Source: Selaginella moellendorffii
Taxonomy: Eukaryota > Plantae > Lycopodiophyta
Length of the DNA: 64,000 nucleotides
Assembly: GCF_000143415.4 (NCBI RefSeq)
Contig: NW_003314277.1
Span: 2,012,764-2,076,763, forward strand
Direction: 5' to 3'
The notes under the pieces: generated by a model
What the model was told of the DNA's origin: nothing
The model's database searches: none
The model's input: the letters and a program-made list of their open reading frames with translations, nothing else
Position numbers and translations under genes: made by a program
Shown here: one piece after another, positions 9,857 to 22,147 of the stretch
How positions within the stretch are numbered: position 1 is the first letter of the stretch
Layout: the number at the start of each line of letters is the position of its first letter

Positions 9857-11995
9857 TTAAAGAAGAGAACTCTGAAGTTATCTCCAAAGCTAGTAAACTC
9901 ATTATCAATTAAAAAAATCCATTCAATCTTATTTTCCTATAAACACCATCCTTGAACATTCTCCAAGAATTGCCACAATTATGCTCCACATCAATAGCAG
10001 TAAGACACCAAAAATATGAGAAACATTGTAATTATGTATTTAAGGATAACAATACACAAAAAATTGAGAGTAGCACTATTATAATCACACCTCACTACAT
10101 AATCATTATCTGAATGTGATATAGCAATAAGAGTAACATTGCCTTGTAAAAATCAGTAGGGATTGAAAATAATAATGTGGCATTTGCAAGGAACAGGAAG
10201 AGATCTAAATATAACAATAGTTGCAACACTAAATCTAACAGTAAAAATAAAATTGAATTTAAAGGAAGTAATCAATAGTTCTGGAGTGTGAGTATTTGGT
10301 AATGGGTTGACACCTTATTTATATATTATTGTGAGTTTGTTCATGGTGGTTGATTCTAAACAAGGCATTTTTTTATTTTCCATGCTTTGCCATTAATAAA
10401 TAACACATTTTGTGAAGTTTTTTTCCTTTCGAAAGAAAAACAACCTTCACACATCTCTTTTGGACATTGAAATAGATTCATACCATTATGTTAAGTGCTA
10501 GTGCTAAGCTTCTTTGAATCGAACACATTTGATTAATTTGAAGTATGCATCTCCATATAAAGCTTATTTACATTTTTAAATACTGGTGAAGACAAAGGAC
10601 TAGAGCAAGATGAAGGACCACTAATGTGGGTCTAGGGGGAGTGTAACTGTGAGGATATGGCTTAGAACTGTCATAAGGGACTGAAAAGTAAAATTTTTTC
10701 CAATAGTTTCTACTTACAACAGGCTCAAAGCTTAAGCATAGTGTCTAAGATGACTTAGGCACAAGTACTTGTATAGTGACTAAGTATATAAAGAAACACT
10801 TAAAATGTCTCTTTAATTCCTTTCAACAAATTTATATCTTTTGATTTATCCATTCTACAATCTATTATTCAAATCTTTAGTTGCTTTACTTTTATCCTTA
10901 CTCTAATATTATTATTGCTCATTTTTATTCCATCACTAAGGCCCATCTGTCCCCTTTAGCCCCTCTTTTGAAAAAAAAGTTTGAAGTATTAAGGAAAAAA
11001 GGAGAAAACAAGAAAAATGGAAGAAAAAAAAGGTGAAAGAAGAAAAAGTTGATATTAAAGAAGAACTTATTTAACAAAAATTAATAAATAAAGGAAAATT
11101 TATGCTCCAAAAACTTTAAAAGGCCACAATAATTACAATAAGTGAAAGGCTTTTAACAACATTTGCAACAAGAGAATCATGAAAATTAAATTCAACCTAA
11201 GACTCTTAAAATAAGAGAACACTCAAAAAATATATTATCAATGATTTTTCACAAAATAAATATAACTAAGATTCTTACCAATAATAGTGAGAATCATTAA
11301 AGTTAAAGTGATTAATGTGCTAGGAAAATTCTTTATGCTTATATAAGAAATAATTGTCCTTAAAGAAGGGAACTCTAAAGCTACCTCCAAAGCTATTTAA
11401 CTCACTATCAATTAAAAAAATCCACTCAATCTTATTTTCCCATAAACACCAGTTTTGCAAGAACTATATTATCCATAGCTCTTTCTGAGTTTATGGCCTT
11501 TGTTTATATATTAAGGGCATCTTTTAATTTTCCATGCTTAGCCATCAATAAGTAGCACGTTTTGTGAAAAATTTTCCCTTCCGAAGAAAAACAGCCTCCA
11601 CATCCCTTCTGAACACTGAAGATTCATACTATTGTGTTGAGTGCTAGAAATGTGTCCACATCACAATTATGCTCCACATCAATAGCAATAAGAGACCAAA
11701 AATATGAGCAACATTGTAATTATATATTTAAGGATAACAAGAGTAGCACTGTTATAATCACACCTTACTACACAATTATTATCTGAATATGTTCCTTGTA
11801 AAAATAAGTAAATATTGAAAATAATGATGTGGCATTTGCAAGGAACAAGAAGAGATCTAAATACAACCCTAGATCTAAAAACAAAGTAAATTTAAAGTAA
11901 AAGGAAATAATCAATAGTCTAAGTTTCTTTGAAATCAACACATTTGGCTTGTTTGAAGTGTGCACCTTGGTACAAAGCTTGTTTACATTCTCAAA
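9857..11995. repeat. Diverged AT-rich direct duplication with reshuffled blocks
   Basis: Block A 9857-9948 ~ 11359-11451; B 9974-10280 ~ 11663-11920; C 10365-10500 ~ 11517-11647; D 10508-10580 ~ 11921-11995. Confidence 0.8.
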
Positions 11996-12228
11996 TGCTT
12001 GGGCTCACTATACAAAACAAAGAAAATAATAGGCAGCCTTAGGCAGATCCAAACTAGAAGATGCTAGAACTAGTACTGGTTACTACTTAGCAATCAATGA
12101 AGTTAACATCAATGGATCCCACAGCTTGGAGTTGATGAAAGAGAAGAACCATCTTTTTGGGAGTGATGGCATTAATCTCAGCGGAAAATCTCACTAACGA
12201 AAACGAGAACCTACCGATGACCTAGCTT

Positions 12229-15200
12229 TCATCCTTTTGCTGGCATTCGACCCCTGCCTGCCGCCGAGAACATGGTGGAGAGCAAAGCATACGGAGCAGC
12301 GTTTTGCGGGTCCAGCTCGATAACATAATCGGCAGCACGCCTCCCCTGCTCAAAATCACGATGTATCCGGCAAGCTCCCAGCAAAGTCATCCATGCAACG
12401 TCGTTGGCTTGGAAGGGCATCCTGTTTAGTACCTCCTGTGCCTCCTCCAGCCTGCCTACTCGTCCCAGGATGTCTACTACGCACACGTAGTGCTTGGTGT
12501 TCGTCGCAATCCCATAATCAACCCCAGCCGAGAGAAACAAATCCAGGCCCTGTTGGATCGACCCACCGTGACTGCACGCGAAGAGGACGCTGAGAAACGT
12601 TAACTCGTCCGGCATGATCCCCTCCAAGCCCATCATGTGGATGATCTCCACACAATCTTCCAAGCCACCCTTCGTGCAAGCCGCGGCCAGCATGGAGTTC
12701 CAAGTGACAAGGTTCCTCCTGGATTTCATGTCGAGGAAGACGTTCCGTGCCTGCTCCAGACTCCCACACTTGCCGTATAAGTTTATCAGTGCCGTGCCGA
12801 TAGCCTCGTCTCTTTCCAAGCCGCTTCTCTCGAGCAAAACTTCTCCTGTTTCGAGAGCTCCCAGGCCGGAGCATGCCGCAAGAACGCCTACCATCGTCAA
12901 GCTGTCGGGTGGAAGGTCCATCTTTTGGTAAAGCCGGACTGCTTCTCGTCCGTGGCCGTTTCTAACAAATCCAGTGATCATAACGTTCCAAGTTACGATG
13001 TCCTTGCCTTCGATGCCATCAAAGACGCTTCTTGCAGTATCCACGTCGTGGCATTTGGAGTAAAAATCCACCAGAGTAGTGCCTACAATGACATCCTTGT
13101 CATACCCCACAGAAACGGTGTGCAAATGAACTTTCTGACCTTCAGCAAGCGCTTCTGCATCTGCACAGACGCTGACGATGGAGGAAAATGTGAACCGGTT
13201 CTTCTCCATTCCCTCCAAGTCCATGTTCCGATAGACAAGAAGCGCCCCTTTGGCATCCTCGTTTCGAGAGTACGCCGTGAGCAAAGCAGTCCATAAAACA
13301 ATGTCCTTGGAAGCGACTCTATCAAAAACAGCTTTTGCTTCTTCCATGCACCTGCAGCAGCCATACATTTTTATTAGTGTCGTGGCAACGAAGCAGCTGG
13401 AATCAAATCCCGACGCTGCAATGAGAGCATGAATCGCCTTACCTTCAGCCAAGGCCTCACTCGCAGAGCAAGCATGGAGAACCGAAATGAATGTAAACTT
13501 GTCCGGTTTCAGTCCCTCCAGTTCCATCTTTTGGTGGACTCCCAAGGCCTCCTTCCCATCTCCATCCCCTGCATAAGAACCGATTAGAACGTTCCAGGAG
13601 ACGAGATTTTTATGAGGCACGCTGTCAAAAACGCTTTTGGCAAGCACCAAGTTCCCTCCCTTACCATACATGTTGACAAGAGAATTAGAAACGTCCAAGC
13701 CGGAGCTGCTGACGCCAATGCATCTATGGAATGCCGATCCTTGTTTTACAGCACCGCCGCTGGAGCATGCATCAAGGATGCTGACGATCGTTAGCTCGTT
13801 GGGCTTCTGACCTTCGAGGCTCATTCTGCTGAAGAGATAGATAGCTTCTCTGACGAACTTGTTGTGAGCGAATGCCGCGATCAAGGCATCCCAAGGCATC
13901 ACTCCGAGTTGACGCATCTCCTTAAAAACCTGTACTGCTCCATCCAAGTCACCGCACTCGCTGTACATGTTGATAAGAGCTCCTCCCACTGAGAGAGTCG
14001 ATAGAAGCCCCAAGCTCGCAACCTCGGCATGGATCTTCCTGCCCGCTTCTAAAAACCCCGTAGCAGCACAGGCTACAAGAAGATTCACAAAAGTGACGCT
14101 GTTCGGTTCCACCAGAGCTCGCCTCATTTCCTGGTAGAGATGCAACGCTTCCAAACCACACCCGTTCTGTGCGTAAGCTCCAACCATGGAGTTCCAGCAG
14201 ACTCTGTCTCTCTCCCGAGCTTGCTCGAAACACTGCTTGGCCTCCTCCAGCCTCAAGAACCTCCCATACATGTTAACCAGGCTAGTCGATACGAGAACGC
14301 CTACCGGAAATCCACTGGCTTTGATATGCTCGTGGACCAATCTTCCTTCTTCGATGTCCATGCAAGCTCCAAGAACATTGACGAAGCTCACAGTGTCTGG
14401 AGCAACGTCCATCTTCCAGAACAAATCCACGGCCTCGCCATAGCGCCCGTTCTGTGCATACGCGGTTAGCATGGCATTCCAGGAAACCACTGTTTTCTCA
14501 GCTATACCATCAAAGACGTACCTTGCGTCGTCCACCCTTCCACCGCTTCCATACATGCTAACCAGAGCATTGGCAAGCGTCGTGTTGGATCCAAATCCAC
14601 TCTCCACAACCTGGTCGTGGATTCTCCTCCCGTGTTCTCCTTCGCCCTTCCAGCCATCGAGAACACTGACGAAGGTGGTAGCATCGGGCTTGATCCCCTC
14701 GAAGCACATAAGACGATAGAGCCTCACAGCCTCCTCGCAATGCCCGTTCTGGGCATACGCTGCTAGCATCGCGTTCCAGGACACGCGATTCCTCTCCACC
14801 AGCGTCGCAAACACCGCCTTGGCCTCCTCCAAATGCCCACACTTCCCATACATGCTCACCAGCGCGGTGGCCACGATGATCTCGGATTCATACCCTAGAG
14901 ACCGCGCACTGGCATGGATGCCGCGGCCCTCTTCCAGATCCCCGGCCACGGCGCACGCCTTGAGAGCACTGACGAGCGTCACATTGTCGATCGCCATGCC
15001 GCGCGACTGGATCTCGCGAAACAGGCCCAGGGCCTCGCGGCCGTGGCCATTGTCGGCGTAGGCGCCGAGCATGATCGTCCAGGAGAAGATATTTCGGCGC
15101 TGGATGCGATCGAAAACCTCTCTGGCGTCGCGGACGCTGCCGCATTTGCCGTAGGCCTGGACGAGAAGATTGCCGAGGTACCTGTCGCCCCCGAATCCAT

Positions 15201-15321
15201 CCCTGGCAATCTCCCACTGCGCTTGCTTGGCGGCGGTCAGATCTCGGGTGCTGGCGCAGTCCCGCAGGATCGACGCGTGCGAGGAGATCGCGATGGCGGT
15301 GGCGTCGCGCTCGCCGGACAT
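12229..15321 (-). CDS. PLS-class pentatricopeptide repeat protein with E domain, no DYW (likely organellar RNA-editing factor)
   Basis: 1030-aa intronless ORF with repeated ALVSMYGKCG / VSWNAML / PD..TF motifs. The C-terminus reads HYVCVVDILGRVGRL..WMTLLGACRIH..YALLS. Confidence 0.95.
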   Translation of the reverse strand: MSGERDATAIAISSHASILRDCASTRDLTAAKQAQWEIARDGFGGDRYLGNLLVQAYGKCGSVRDAREVFDRIQRRNIFSWTIMLGAYADNGHGREALGLFREIQSRGMAIDNVTLVSALKACAVAGDLEEGRGIHASARSLGYESEIIVATALVSMYGKCGHLEEAKAVFATLVERNRVSWNAMLAAYAQNGHCEEAVRLYRLMCFEGIKPDATTFVSVLDGWKGEGEHGRRIHDQVVESGFGSNTTLANALVSMYGSGGRVDDARYVFDGIAEKTVVSWNAMLTAYAQNGRYGEAVDLFWKMDVAPDTVSFVNVLGACMDIEEGRLVHEHIKASGFPVGVLVSTSLVNMYGRFLRLEEAKQCFEQARERDRVCWNSMVGAYAQNGCGLEALHLYQEMRRALVEPNSVTFVNLLVACAATGFLEAGRKIHAEVASLGLLSTLSVGGALINMYSECGDLDGAVQVFKEMRQLGVMPWDALIAAFAHNKFVREAIYLFSRMSLEGQKPNELTIVSILDACSSGGAVKQGSAFHRCIGVSSSGLDVSNSLVNMYGKGGNLVLAKSVFDSVPHKNLVSWNVLIGSYAGDGDGKEALGVHQKMELEGLKPDKFTFISVLHACSASEALAEGKAIHALIAASGFDSSCFVATTLIKMYGCCRCMEEAKAVFDRVASKDIVLWTALLTAYSRNEDAKGALLVYRNMDLEGMEKNRFTFSSIVSVCADAEALAEGQKVHLHTVSVGYDKDVIVGTTLVDFYSKCHDVDTARSVFDGIEGKDIVTWNVMITGFVRNGHGREAVRLYQKMDLPPDSLTMVGVLAACSGLGALETGEVLLERSGLERDEAIGTALINLYGKCGSLEQARNVFLDMKSRRNLVTWNSMLAAACTKGGLEDCVEIIHMMGLEGIMPDELTFLSVLFACSHGGSIQQGLDLFLSAGVDYGIATNTKHYVCVVDILGRVGRLEEAQEVLNRMPFQANDVAWMTLLGACRIHRDFEQGRRAADYVIELDPQNAAPYALLSTMFSAAGRGRMPAKG

Positions 15322-16237
15322 TCATGGAAAAATCGATAAACCCTAAAACAAAGAATATCCCAATTTTCAAATCGTCCCGGGTTTTCTAAGGAATATCTCT
15401 ATTCATTTGTATATAAATGGCTACATATGGATAATTCCTAGAGTATCAGTTCGTTTGAACTCAACACTTGATATAATTTATTAAACAAAGAGACCGTATC
15501 CTTTTCTTCGATCATAGCTTGATCCCGAGACTTGAGTGCTTTCGAGGCATTATGACAAGAGGTTTAATGCTATTGTTGTCCAACTTGTACATGTATGTTT
15601 ATAATTGTTATAAATTACTATTGATTCTAGGTGATATTTGATGAGCATTATTCAATTGGTTCAAATAGTGTCTGCTAAATATTTGGGCAACTCAACTTTG
15701 ATTATATAAAAACTTAATGAACATTATAACATATGTACTATAGATGGAATTGAAACAAGGAAAGATATAGGGACTGACTTGTTAGGGATCGGGTTAAGTG
15801 TGGATACACTGCTTGTTGCTGCCTCTGTAGCTGCCGCTATCCCCTGGAAGTACATCCTAACTTCCACATGGCACGTAGAAGCTTAGCAGCGAGGTAGAAA
15901 TCCAGCCGACAACGAGTCCAAAACATCGGTCTTCTAGCACGAAACCACACCCTTCTTTGCATAAAGGTCGACGTTCTCCCTTGGAGCTCGTCTTGGTCTT
16001 GTGGAATGCCAGCACGAAAGGGAGCGTCTTCCGCTAGAAACATGCACCTGGGACACACAACCCTTTTCACAAAAAGAATTGTCTGTCTCGGTCAATTTTC
16101 AATTGACTTTCCTTGTTTACCCTTTTGACCACTGTTGAAGCTGAAACAAGAAACAAGCATCGATCTTTCCCCCAGGTTTGGATCGTCAATGACTGCACAC
16201 AGTTATATGGATTTAACTTCAAACACCTCAGCTGGAA

Positions 16238-17208
16238 ATGGAGACGCTGGAGCACCAAAACTTTCAACACCATCACAAACAAGCTTCTTCCCTCCAAATC
16301 CTCAAGTTCCTCCAGCTCCAAGACTTTATCACCCTCGAGGTAAAAAGAGCTCCAAACCATCACTTAATCTTTTTTCTCTTCTTTTTCAACTCAAATCCTC
16401 CAAACTGTTCCAGGCATGGCGATCCTGTCTTGTCGAATGTCTCGCAACCATAGCCTTCGTCTTCTCCAGCATACTCATCATCGTCAGCTCCTCGCAGCAA
16501 AGCAGCAACGGATCACCCATGGCTTCCATCGCGATCCTCCACTCCATCCTCGTCTTCATCATCATCCTCTCCGCCGCTCCCTCCTCTGGTGGTCACTTCA
16601 ATCCTTGTATCACCTTCCTGGCCATGGTTCTCGGCTATGTCTCCCCCTCCAAGCTCGTCATGTACACGGGAGCTCAATGCGTCGGCTCCATCTTCGCTTC
16701 CCTGTGTGCGAAGCTCGTCCTCCCTGACGACCTCGCTCTTAAGTTCGCGCTTGGCGGCTGTGTCATGCAAAACTCGGCCGGATCAGGACTTTCAATAGGC
16801 TCGGCCTTCGTTGCCGAGAGCATGTTCACGTTTGTTCTCATGTTCGTCGTCGCCAACCTGGCACTGGATCCATTCCAAGGACGGGCTTTTGGAGCAATCC
16901 TGCCACCATCTTTCATCGGCGCTGCTGCTGGACTGCTGATTTTCGCGTCTGGGGGACTTGTGGTGGGATACTCTGGAGCGGGGATGAATCCGGCGAGGTG
17001 TCTCGGCCCGGCAGTCGTGATGGGATCAAGTTCCACTCGAGATGGTCACTGGGTATGGTGGATTGCTCCTTACTCTGCCACTGTGATGGTTTCGGTTCTC
17101 TACTGCCTGGTTCCACCACACCACGCTGAGTTGTATCGCGGCCGCGAGGACTTGGGCAGCGTCAAGGAAGCCTTTCACCCTCCAATTGTTGTGAGCTCAA
17201 ACGAGTGA
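16238..17208 (+). CDS. XIP: Aquaporin, X intrinsic protein (XIP) subfamily; exons 16238-16339 and 16414-17208
   Basis: GGHFNPCITF (variant first NPA) and GAGMNPARCLGPA (XIP NPARC signature). GT-AG intron 16340-16413 joins METLEHQ..FITLE in frame to AWRSCLVECLAT. Confidence 0.88.
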
Positions 17209-17576
17209 ATCGAGTTAACCGGGTGAAAGCTCAAGTGGTGTACTGACCGTAAGTTATTAGTGCCTCTATAGACCATTTGAAACTCTTTGCTGTTTCTCCC
17301 ACATAAATCTTCCACAGTCACTTTTTCGGACAGGACATTGTCCCCGCTCTGGCTTGAATGAGCAATTCACATGGTTGTGAAATTTACAGCGAGAACAAGT
17401 AATTATGCTTCAACAAAAAGAATTTTGTGACAGATATAATGATGAAAATTGTCAATGAATAAGCTAAATTGTGACCATGCCCCCCCACTTAGTTTGAAAT
17501 GCTTAGCAATAGTCACTAGTCATTTCTGGTTTGGATCTACCTAAAGCTATTTACAATTCTTCAGGTTTCTATAATT

Positions 17577-17937
17577 ATGGCAGCAATCAGAGTAACAAGA
17601 AATAAAATTTTCTATTCCTCTCGACCTCAAACAAACGACTGCCACATTCTTGTGAGAGCTGCAGATCCCGATCCAGTCCTGGACTTTTGCATCCCATGAA
17701 AAAACATCAATGAAGGTTTCACCAAGTGCAGAGGTATCTTCAAAATACTACCATTCGAGCTTATTCCGCGCCCAAGGTGTCGGACACCTCTGATTTTGCT
17801 CAAGCGATGGTCAGCATGGGATTGTCTGGGTGCGAAACTATCTCGATCCCAAGGGAGTGAGAGCTCACAGTCATCCTCGGGCGAGCAAGCTCGTCTATGT
17901 AGAGAAGGGATTGTGGAGGTCGGCTTTGTGGACACAA
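17577..17937 (+). pseudogene. Germin-like protein pseudogene
   Basis: Fragments AADPDPVLDFCIP*, RAHSHPRASKLVYVEKG and GFVDT with frameshifts and deletions; an inverted paralog of 20533-21174. Confidence 0.85.
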
Positions 17938-17963
17938 GTTCAGTTACAAGGTCTTGCATGAGA

Positions 17964-18446
17964 TTGAAAATTTGAGAATTGGGATATTCTTTTTTTTAGG
18001 GTTTATCGGAATGTCGACAGGCACGCATCGATCCTGCGCCAGCACCCGGGATCTGACGGCCGCCAGGCAAGTGCAGCGCGAGATTTCCAGGGATGGATTG
18101 ATACCTCAGCAATTTCCTCGTCCAGGCATTGTCGATTGCCATGCCACTCGACTGGATCTCGCGAAACAGCCCCAGCACCTTGTCGGCATAGGCACTGAGT
18201 ATGATCATCCAGGAGAAGATATTTCGGCAGTGGATGCGATCGAAACCCTCCCTGACATCGCGGACGCCACCGCATTTGCTAGCATGTATGGGAAGTGTGT
18301 ATGGCATCAAACACATACCTTTCTTCTTCCACCGTTTCCATACATGCTAACCAGCGCATTGGCAAACGCCATGTTGGATCCAAATCCACTCTCCACAACC
18401 TCCCGTTATCACCTTCGCCCCATCAAGAATGCTGACAAAGGTGGTA
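17964..18446. pseudogene. Scrambled partial copy of the 5' part of the PPR gene at 12229-15321
   Basis: 17965-18127 is an inverted copy of ~15370-15155. 18127-18280 is a direct copy of ~14982-15150. 18305-18446 is a direct copy of ~14508-14681. Confidence 0.85.
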
Positions 18447-19025
18447 GATTCCCTCGAAACACGTGAGATAATAGCCCATCTAGACGATAGACTAGTGTTG
18501 GTTATCCCCGTGGCAGCTCCGGACGAAGACTCGGAGGGGGACGAGGCCTCTACATCCGGGCAAGGTAAAACTGGGTGTGATAAGCCATACAACAGCTACG
18601 GGTTTAACCACACGGAACGAGCTGCGAGAAGCTACTGTGGTGGCAGCGGCGGCGGTGTGAGCAGCGCCAAGCCTGCTTTTACAAACGGGTGTACGAAACA
18701 ATTCATTGGTAAATAATTGTCAAGAACTTAACCAGTAACTCCACCATCACCCAAAATGTTTCGTCCATGGGTTTTTCAGAGGCGGCGGCTGCTGTTTCTT
18801 CATAGCCCCCGCCACCACTGCCACCGCCACCATCAGATCCTTCTCTCGGATCATCCCTGCCGGCTCTGGTTCAAGTTTGGCTCCAGCTCCGGCTCCTCCG
18901 GTTTCTTCGTCGTCAGCTCCAGCATGGGTCAGTCCCTTTCAAGCTCAGCAGGCTTCGGTGTCGACGAGCGATGAGATCTCCCGGGGCTTTTCAGGTCTGA
19001 TCTATATAATTACTGTATAATGTAA

Positions 19026-19099
19026 TCCATTGTCGTCTAGTCCGGTCAGGATACCTGGCTTTCACCCAGGCGACCCGGGTTCGAATCCCGGCAATGGAA
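19026..19099 (+). tRNA. trnE-UUC: tRNA-Glu (TTC)
   Basis: Acceptor stem TCCATTG/CAATGGA; anticodon arm CCTGG-CT-TTC-AC-CCAGG (TTC at 19061-19063); T-arm CCGGG-TTCGAAT-CCCGG. Confidence 0.96.
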
Positions 19100-19170
19100 C
19101 AATCGAAAATACATATATTTATAATTTGCTGTGTTTTAGTGCATTTAGCCTTCATCAACTTACAGATGCC

Positions 19171-19615
19171 ATGGCTCAAGATCAATCCGCTCTTAGCAGC
19201 TCTCTTCCTCTCCCTCTCACTTGCACAAATCTTCCCAATGTTGTACATAACAGCGTCAGTCAAGGACTTTTGCATTCCAAGTGGACGTTCTGCAAGCCAT
19301 ACTCTCAGATATCTTCAAAGGACTTCTACTCAAGTGACGGACCCAAGTCCTTTGCTTTGTCCCAAGCTATTGTGAGCACATTTCCACTAATGGGGCTCAG
19401 AATCTCGGCCCATTTGTGGACTTGAACAACAACTTGAAAGAGGCTGATCTATTTGTCATACCCACTATATCATGAATGTGGGAGAGACGCAAGTTGTAGT
19501 TTTGGGCTTTCCAAACAGCCATGCCTTGCAGATCTCATCCTTATCACAGTTTGGACCAAAGCTGCCGATATGGAAGTCCCAGCCTCACATTGATGGGCTG
19601 CACGAAAATTTTAAG
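19171..19615 (+). pseudogene. Germin-like protein pseudogene
   Basis: INPLLAALFLSLSLAQIFP, DFCIPSG, SSKDFYS and SQAIVSTFP fall in different frames; the His box is deleted. Paralog of 21509-22147. Confidence 0.85.
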
Positions 19616-20532
19616 GACAATGCCGTTATCCAATCTCTTGCCTGACAAAGATGATCGGCGGATCATCTTTGTCCTCCGCCGATGAAACCCTCCTTCCCCT
19701 CGAACGCCTGAGCCTATTGTCGTGTGGCCGCATCATCGCCAGGACCCCAAATCCCGGGGGCAACGAAGTGGTGGCCGCCATTCACAAAATAGAGGCTAAA
19801 GGACTAGACGAGGCGCTCGATTTGCAAAAGAATTGCCTGCTGCTAGATGTAAACTTGTAGGGAGTTAATTCATATGTTGTTTAGAATTGTGGCAAAACGA
19901 GAGCTCTCTACTCTGAAGAGTTTATTCATGTCGTCACATCCAGGACTTCATGTAAGAGAGTAATCAAAGATTTTCAAATCACATATGATCAGAAACTTTG
20001 GTTTTATATGAGAGCTTGAAAGGGCTTGGGTTTTTATGCTGGAGAAATTTCTTCACAATCTCAAGGCAACGGTTTGTGATCTTGTTCCACCTGGAGCAAA
20101 ACCCTAGCCTTGTCACGTGATTGTATAAGATTTATTTTGTCCTATATTTGCAAAATGTAGAGATTATTTTGAATATTATAGTTGTCCAAATTTGCAAGTT
20201 TTATTCCATAAAGTTTTTGTGATTATTCTAAGAAATATAGACACTTTTTATAAATAACCAATAGGACTGAACAAGGCATGATAATAAAAGTGTTTATACA
20301 CACAATAAACTATCATTTAACGATATTAAAGGACTAATGTCAATATGCAAGGGTTCTTAGAGCCAATGCAAAATTACACTTAAATCCACATGTTCCAAGC
20401 CATAACATTCTTGTGAGCGCAAGATCAAACAACACCAACACAGGGCCCTTCCAGAGCAAGGGATTCCTCACCACAACAACAGGGCATAGATACTATGGCT
20501 GGCCATCTTTTGGAAGGTCATTCATTGCATGC

Positions 20533-21174
20533 TAAACAAACTTTTTATAAATCTTATGCAACTTATCAATGGTCCTCCTGTCTAGACTAAAAGTCACCTT
20601 CAAAACCTTTTAACTCAACTACAAAGAAAAGGATGGGATCTGGAAGGAAGGATTCTCTGTTTAAAATGGCCAAAACTATAGCGTGATCTTCTCCAATGTT
20701 GATCAAATAGTGAAGAACTCCACGGGGAATTATAAACAAACCGCTCGCGGTCAAATTCCTTGCAAAGAGCCCGTTGTTAGTGTCCACAAAGCCGGCCTCC
20801 ACAAATCCCTTCTCCACATAGATGAGCTCACTTGCCCGAGGATGAGCGTGAGCTCTCGCAACTCCTTTGGGGCCGAGATAGTTTTGTGCCACGGACAATC
20901 CCATCGTGTTGAGTGCCGGAAATGTGCTGACAATAGCTTGAGCGAAATCGAACGCATTGGGCTTGTGTGAGATATCCACCTTGGCGCGAAACAAGCTCGA
21001 GTGGAAGTCTTTTGAAGATACCTTTGAGTACGGCTTGTACTTCATGAAACCTTCACTAATATTGTTCCGTGGAATGCAAAAGTCCTCGGGATCTGCAGCT
21101 CTCACAAGCACAAGAATGTGGCAGTCGTTTAAGGATGAGAGGAATAGAGAAAGCCATTACATTTGCATAGCCAT
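20533..21174 (-). pseudogene. Germin-like protein, frameshifted
   Basis: Germin boxes AHAHPRASE and PRGVLHY are intact, but the signal peptide and the C-terminal NPSFQIPSF segment are out of frame. Confidence 0.8.
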
Positions 21175-21508
21175 GAAGTTAACTGACGAGTGATTTTATT
21201 TGCTGTCGTGATTTGGAGCCACGTAAAAGCTGGTATTTTTAGTCAAACTTAGATAAGCTTATTTGTTATTTGTATCACCGAATATATAGTTTATTGAGAA
21301 TAACTGGTGATACAAATGTATAAAAATTCTTAAAGCATTTAAATAACAAATAAGCTTATAAGGAAAAATTAAATAAAGAAGAATCTTCAACAATTTATTG
21401 CTACAGAGATTAGATTGAATCTTGTCGCTTAATACATGAACGCTTAGAAACCCTCATGCTTGAAGTATAAATAGCATATAGATAGATATGTCTGTATGTA
21501 TCAAGCTT

Positions 21509-22147
21509 CTAAACGAATTCCTTATAAATTTCGTGCAGCGCATCAATGGTGGTTCTGTTGAGGATGAAGGACGCTTCCAGGACTTCATACGGCAGCTTTG
21601 GTCCAAACAATGCAAAGGACGGGATCTGGAAGGCAGGATTCTGGCTGTTTAGAAAGCCCAAATCTACACCTTGTGTCGCTCCCACATTCATGATATAGTG
21701 AAGCATGCCTCTGGGTACGACGGCCTCTTTCAAGTTGTGAGCAAAGAGCTTGTTGCTTGAGTCCACAAATCCAACCTCTATAACACCTTTTTCAACATCA
21801 ACAAGCTCGCTTGCTCGTGGATGAGCGTGACTTCTCACCACTCCTCCTGGCCCGAGATAGATCCGAGCCACTGAAAAGCCCATTGTGTTGAGCCCCGGAA
21901 ATGTGCTCACAATAGCTTGGGAGAACACGAAGGACTTGGGTGGGCTCGAGGCAACAGCACCGTCTCGAAGCACACTAGAGTAGAAGTCCTTTGAAGATAC
22001 CTGGGAAAGACTGGAACGTCCATTTGGAATGCAAATGTCCTCGACTGGATCTGGATCGGACGCTGTTACAACATTGAGAGGGAAGATCTTTGCAAGTGAG
22101 AGGAAGAGGAAGAAAGCTGCCAACAGCGGATTGATCTGGAAAGCCAT
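21509..22147 (-). CDS. Germin-like protein (cupin)
   Basis: Signal peptide MAFQINPLLAA, then SDPDPVEDIC, SHAHPRASE and PRGMLHY. Small in-frame deletions remove the second N-terminal Cys and the DLF segment. Confidence 0.85.
   Translation of the reverse strand: MAFQINPLLAAFFLFLSLAKIFPLNVVTASDPDPVEDICIPNGRSSLSQVSSKDFYSSVLRDGAVASSPPKSFVFSQAIVSTFPGLNTMGFSVARIYLGPGGVVRSHAHPRASELVDVEKGVIEVGFVDSSNKLFAHNLKEAVVPRGMLHYIMNVGATQGVDLGFLNSQNPAFQIPSFALFGPKLPYEVLEASFILNRTTIDALHEIYKEFV

Noticed and set aside
12393-15370. Many antisense and alternate-frame ORFs over PPR, LEA and other GC-rich genes
   Set aside because: Shadow ORFs expected from high-GC codon usage.
18480-18990. GC-rich coding-like fragments (also at 19620-19790 and 23010-23200)
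   Set aside because: Too short and disrupted to assign; probably gene debris in the rearranged germin region.
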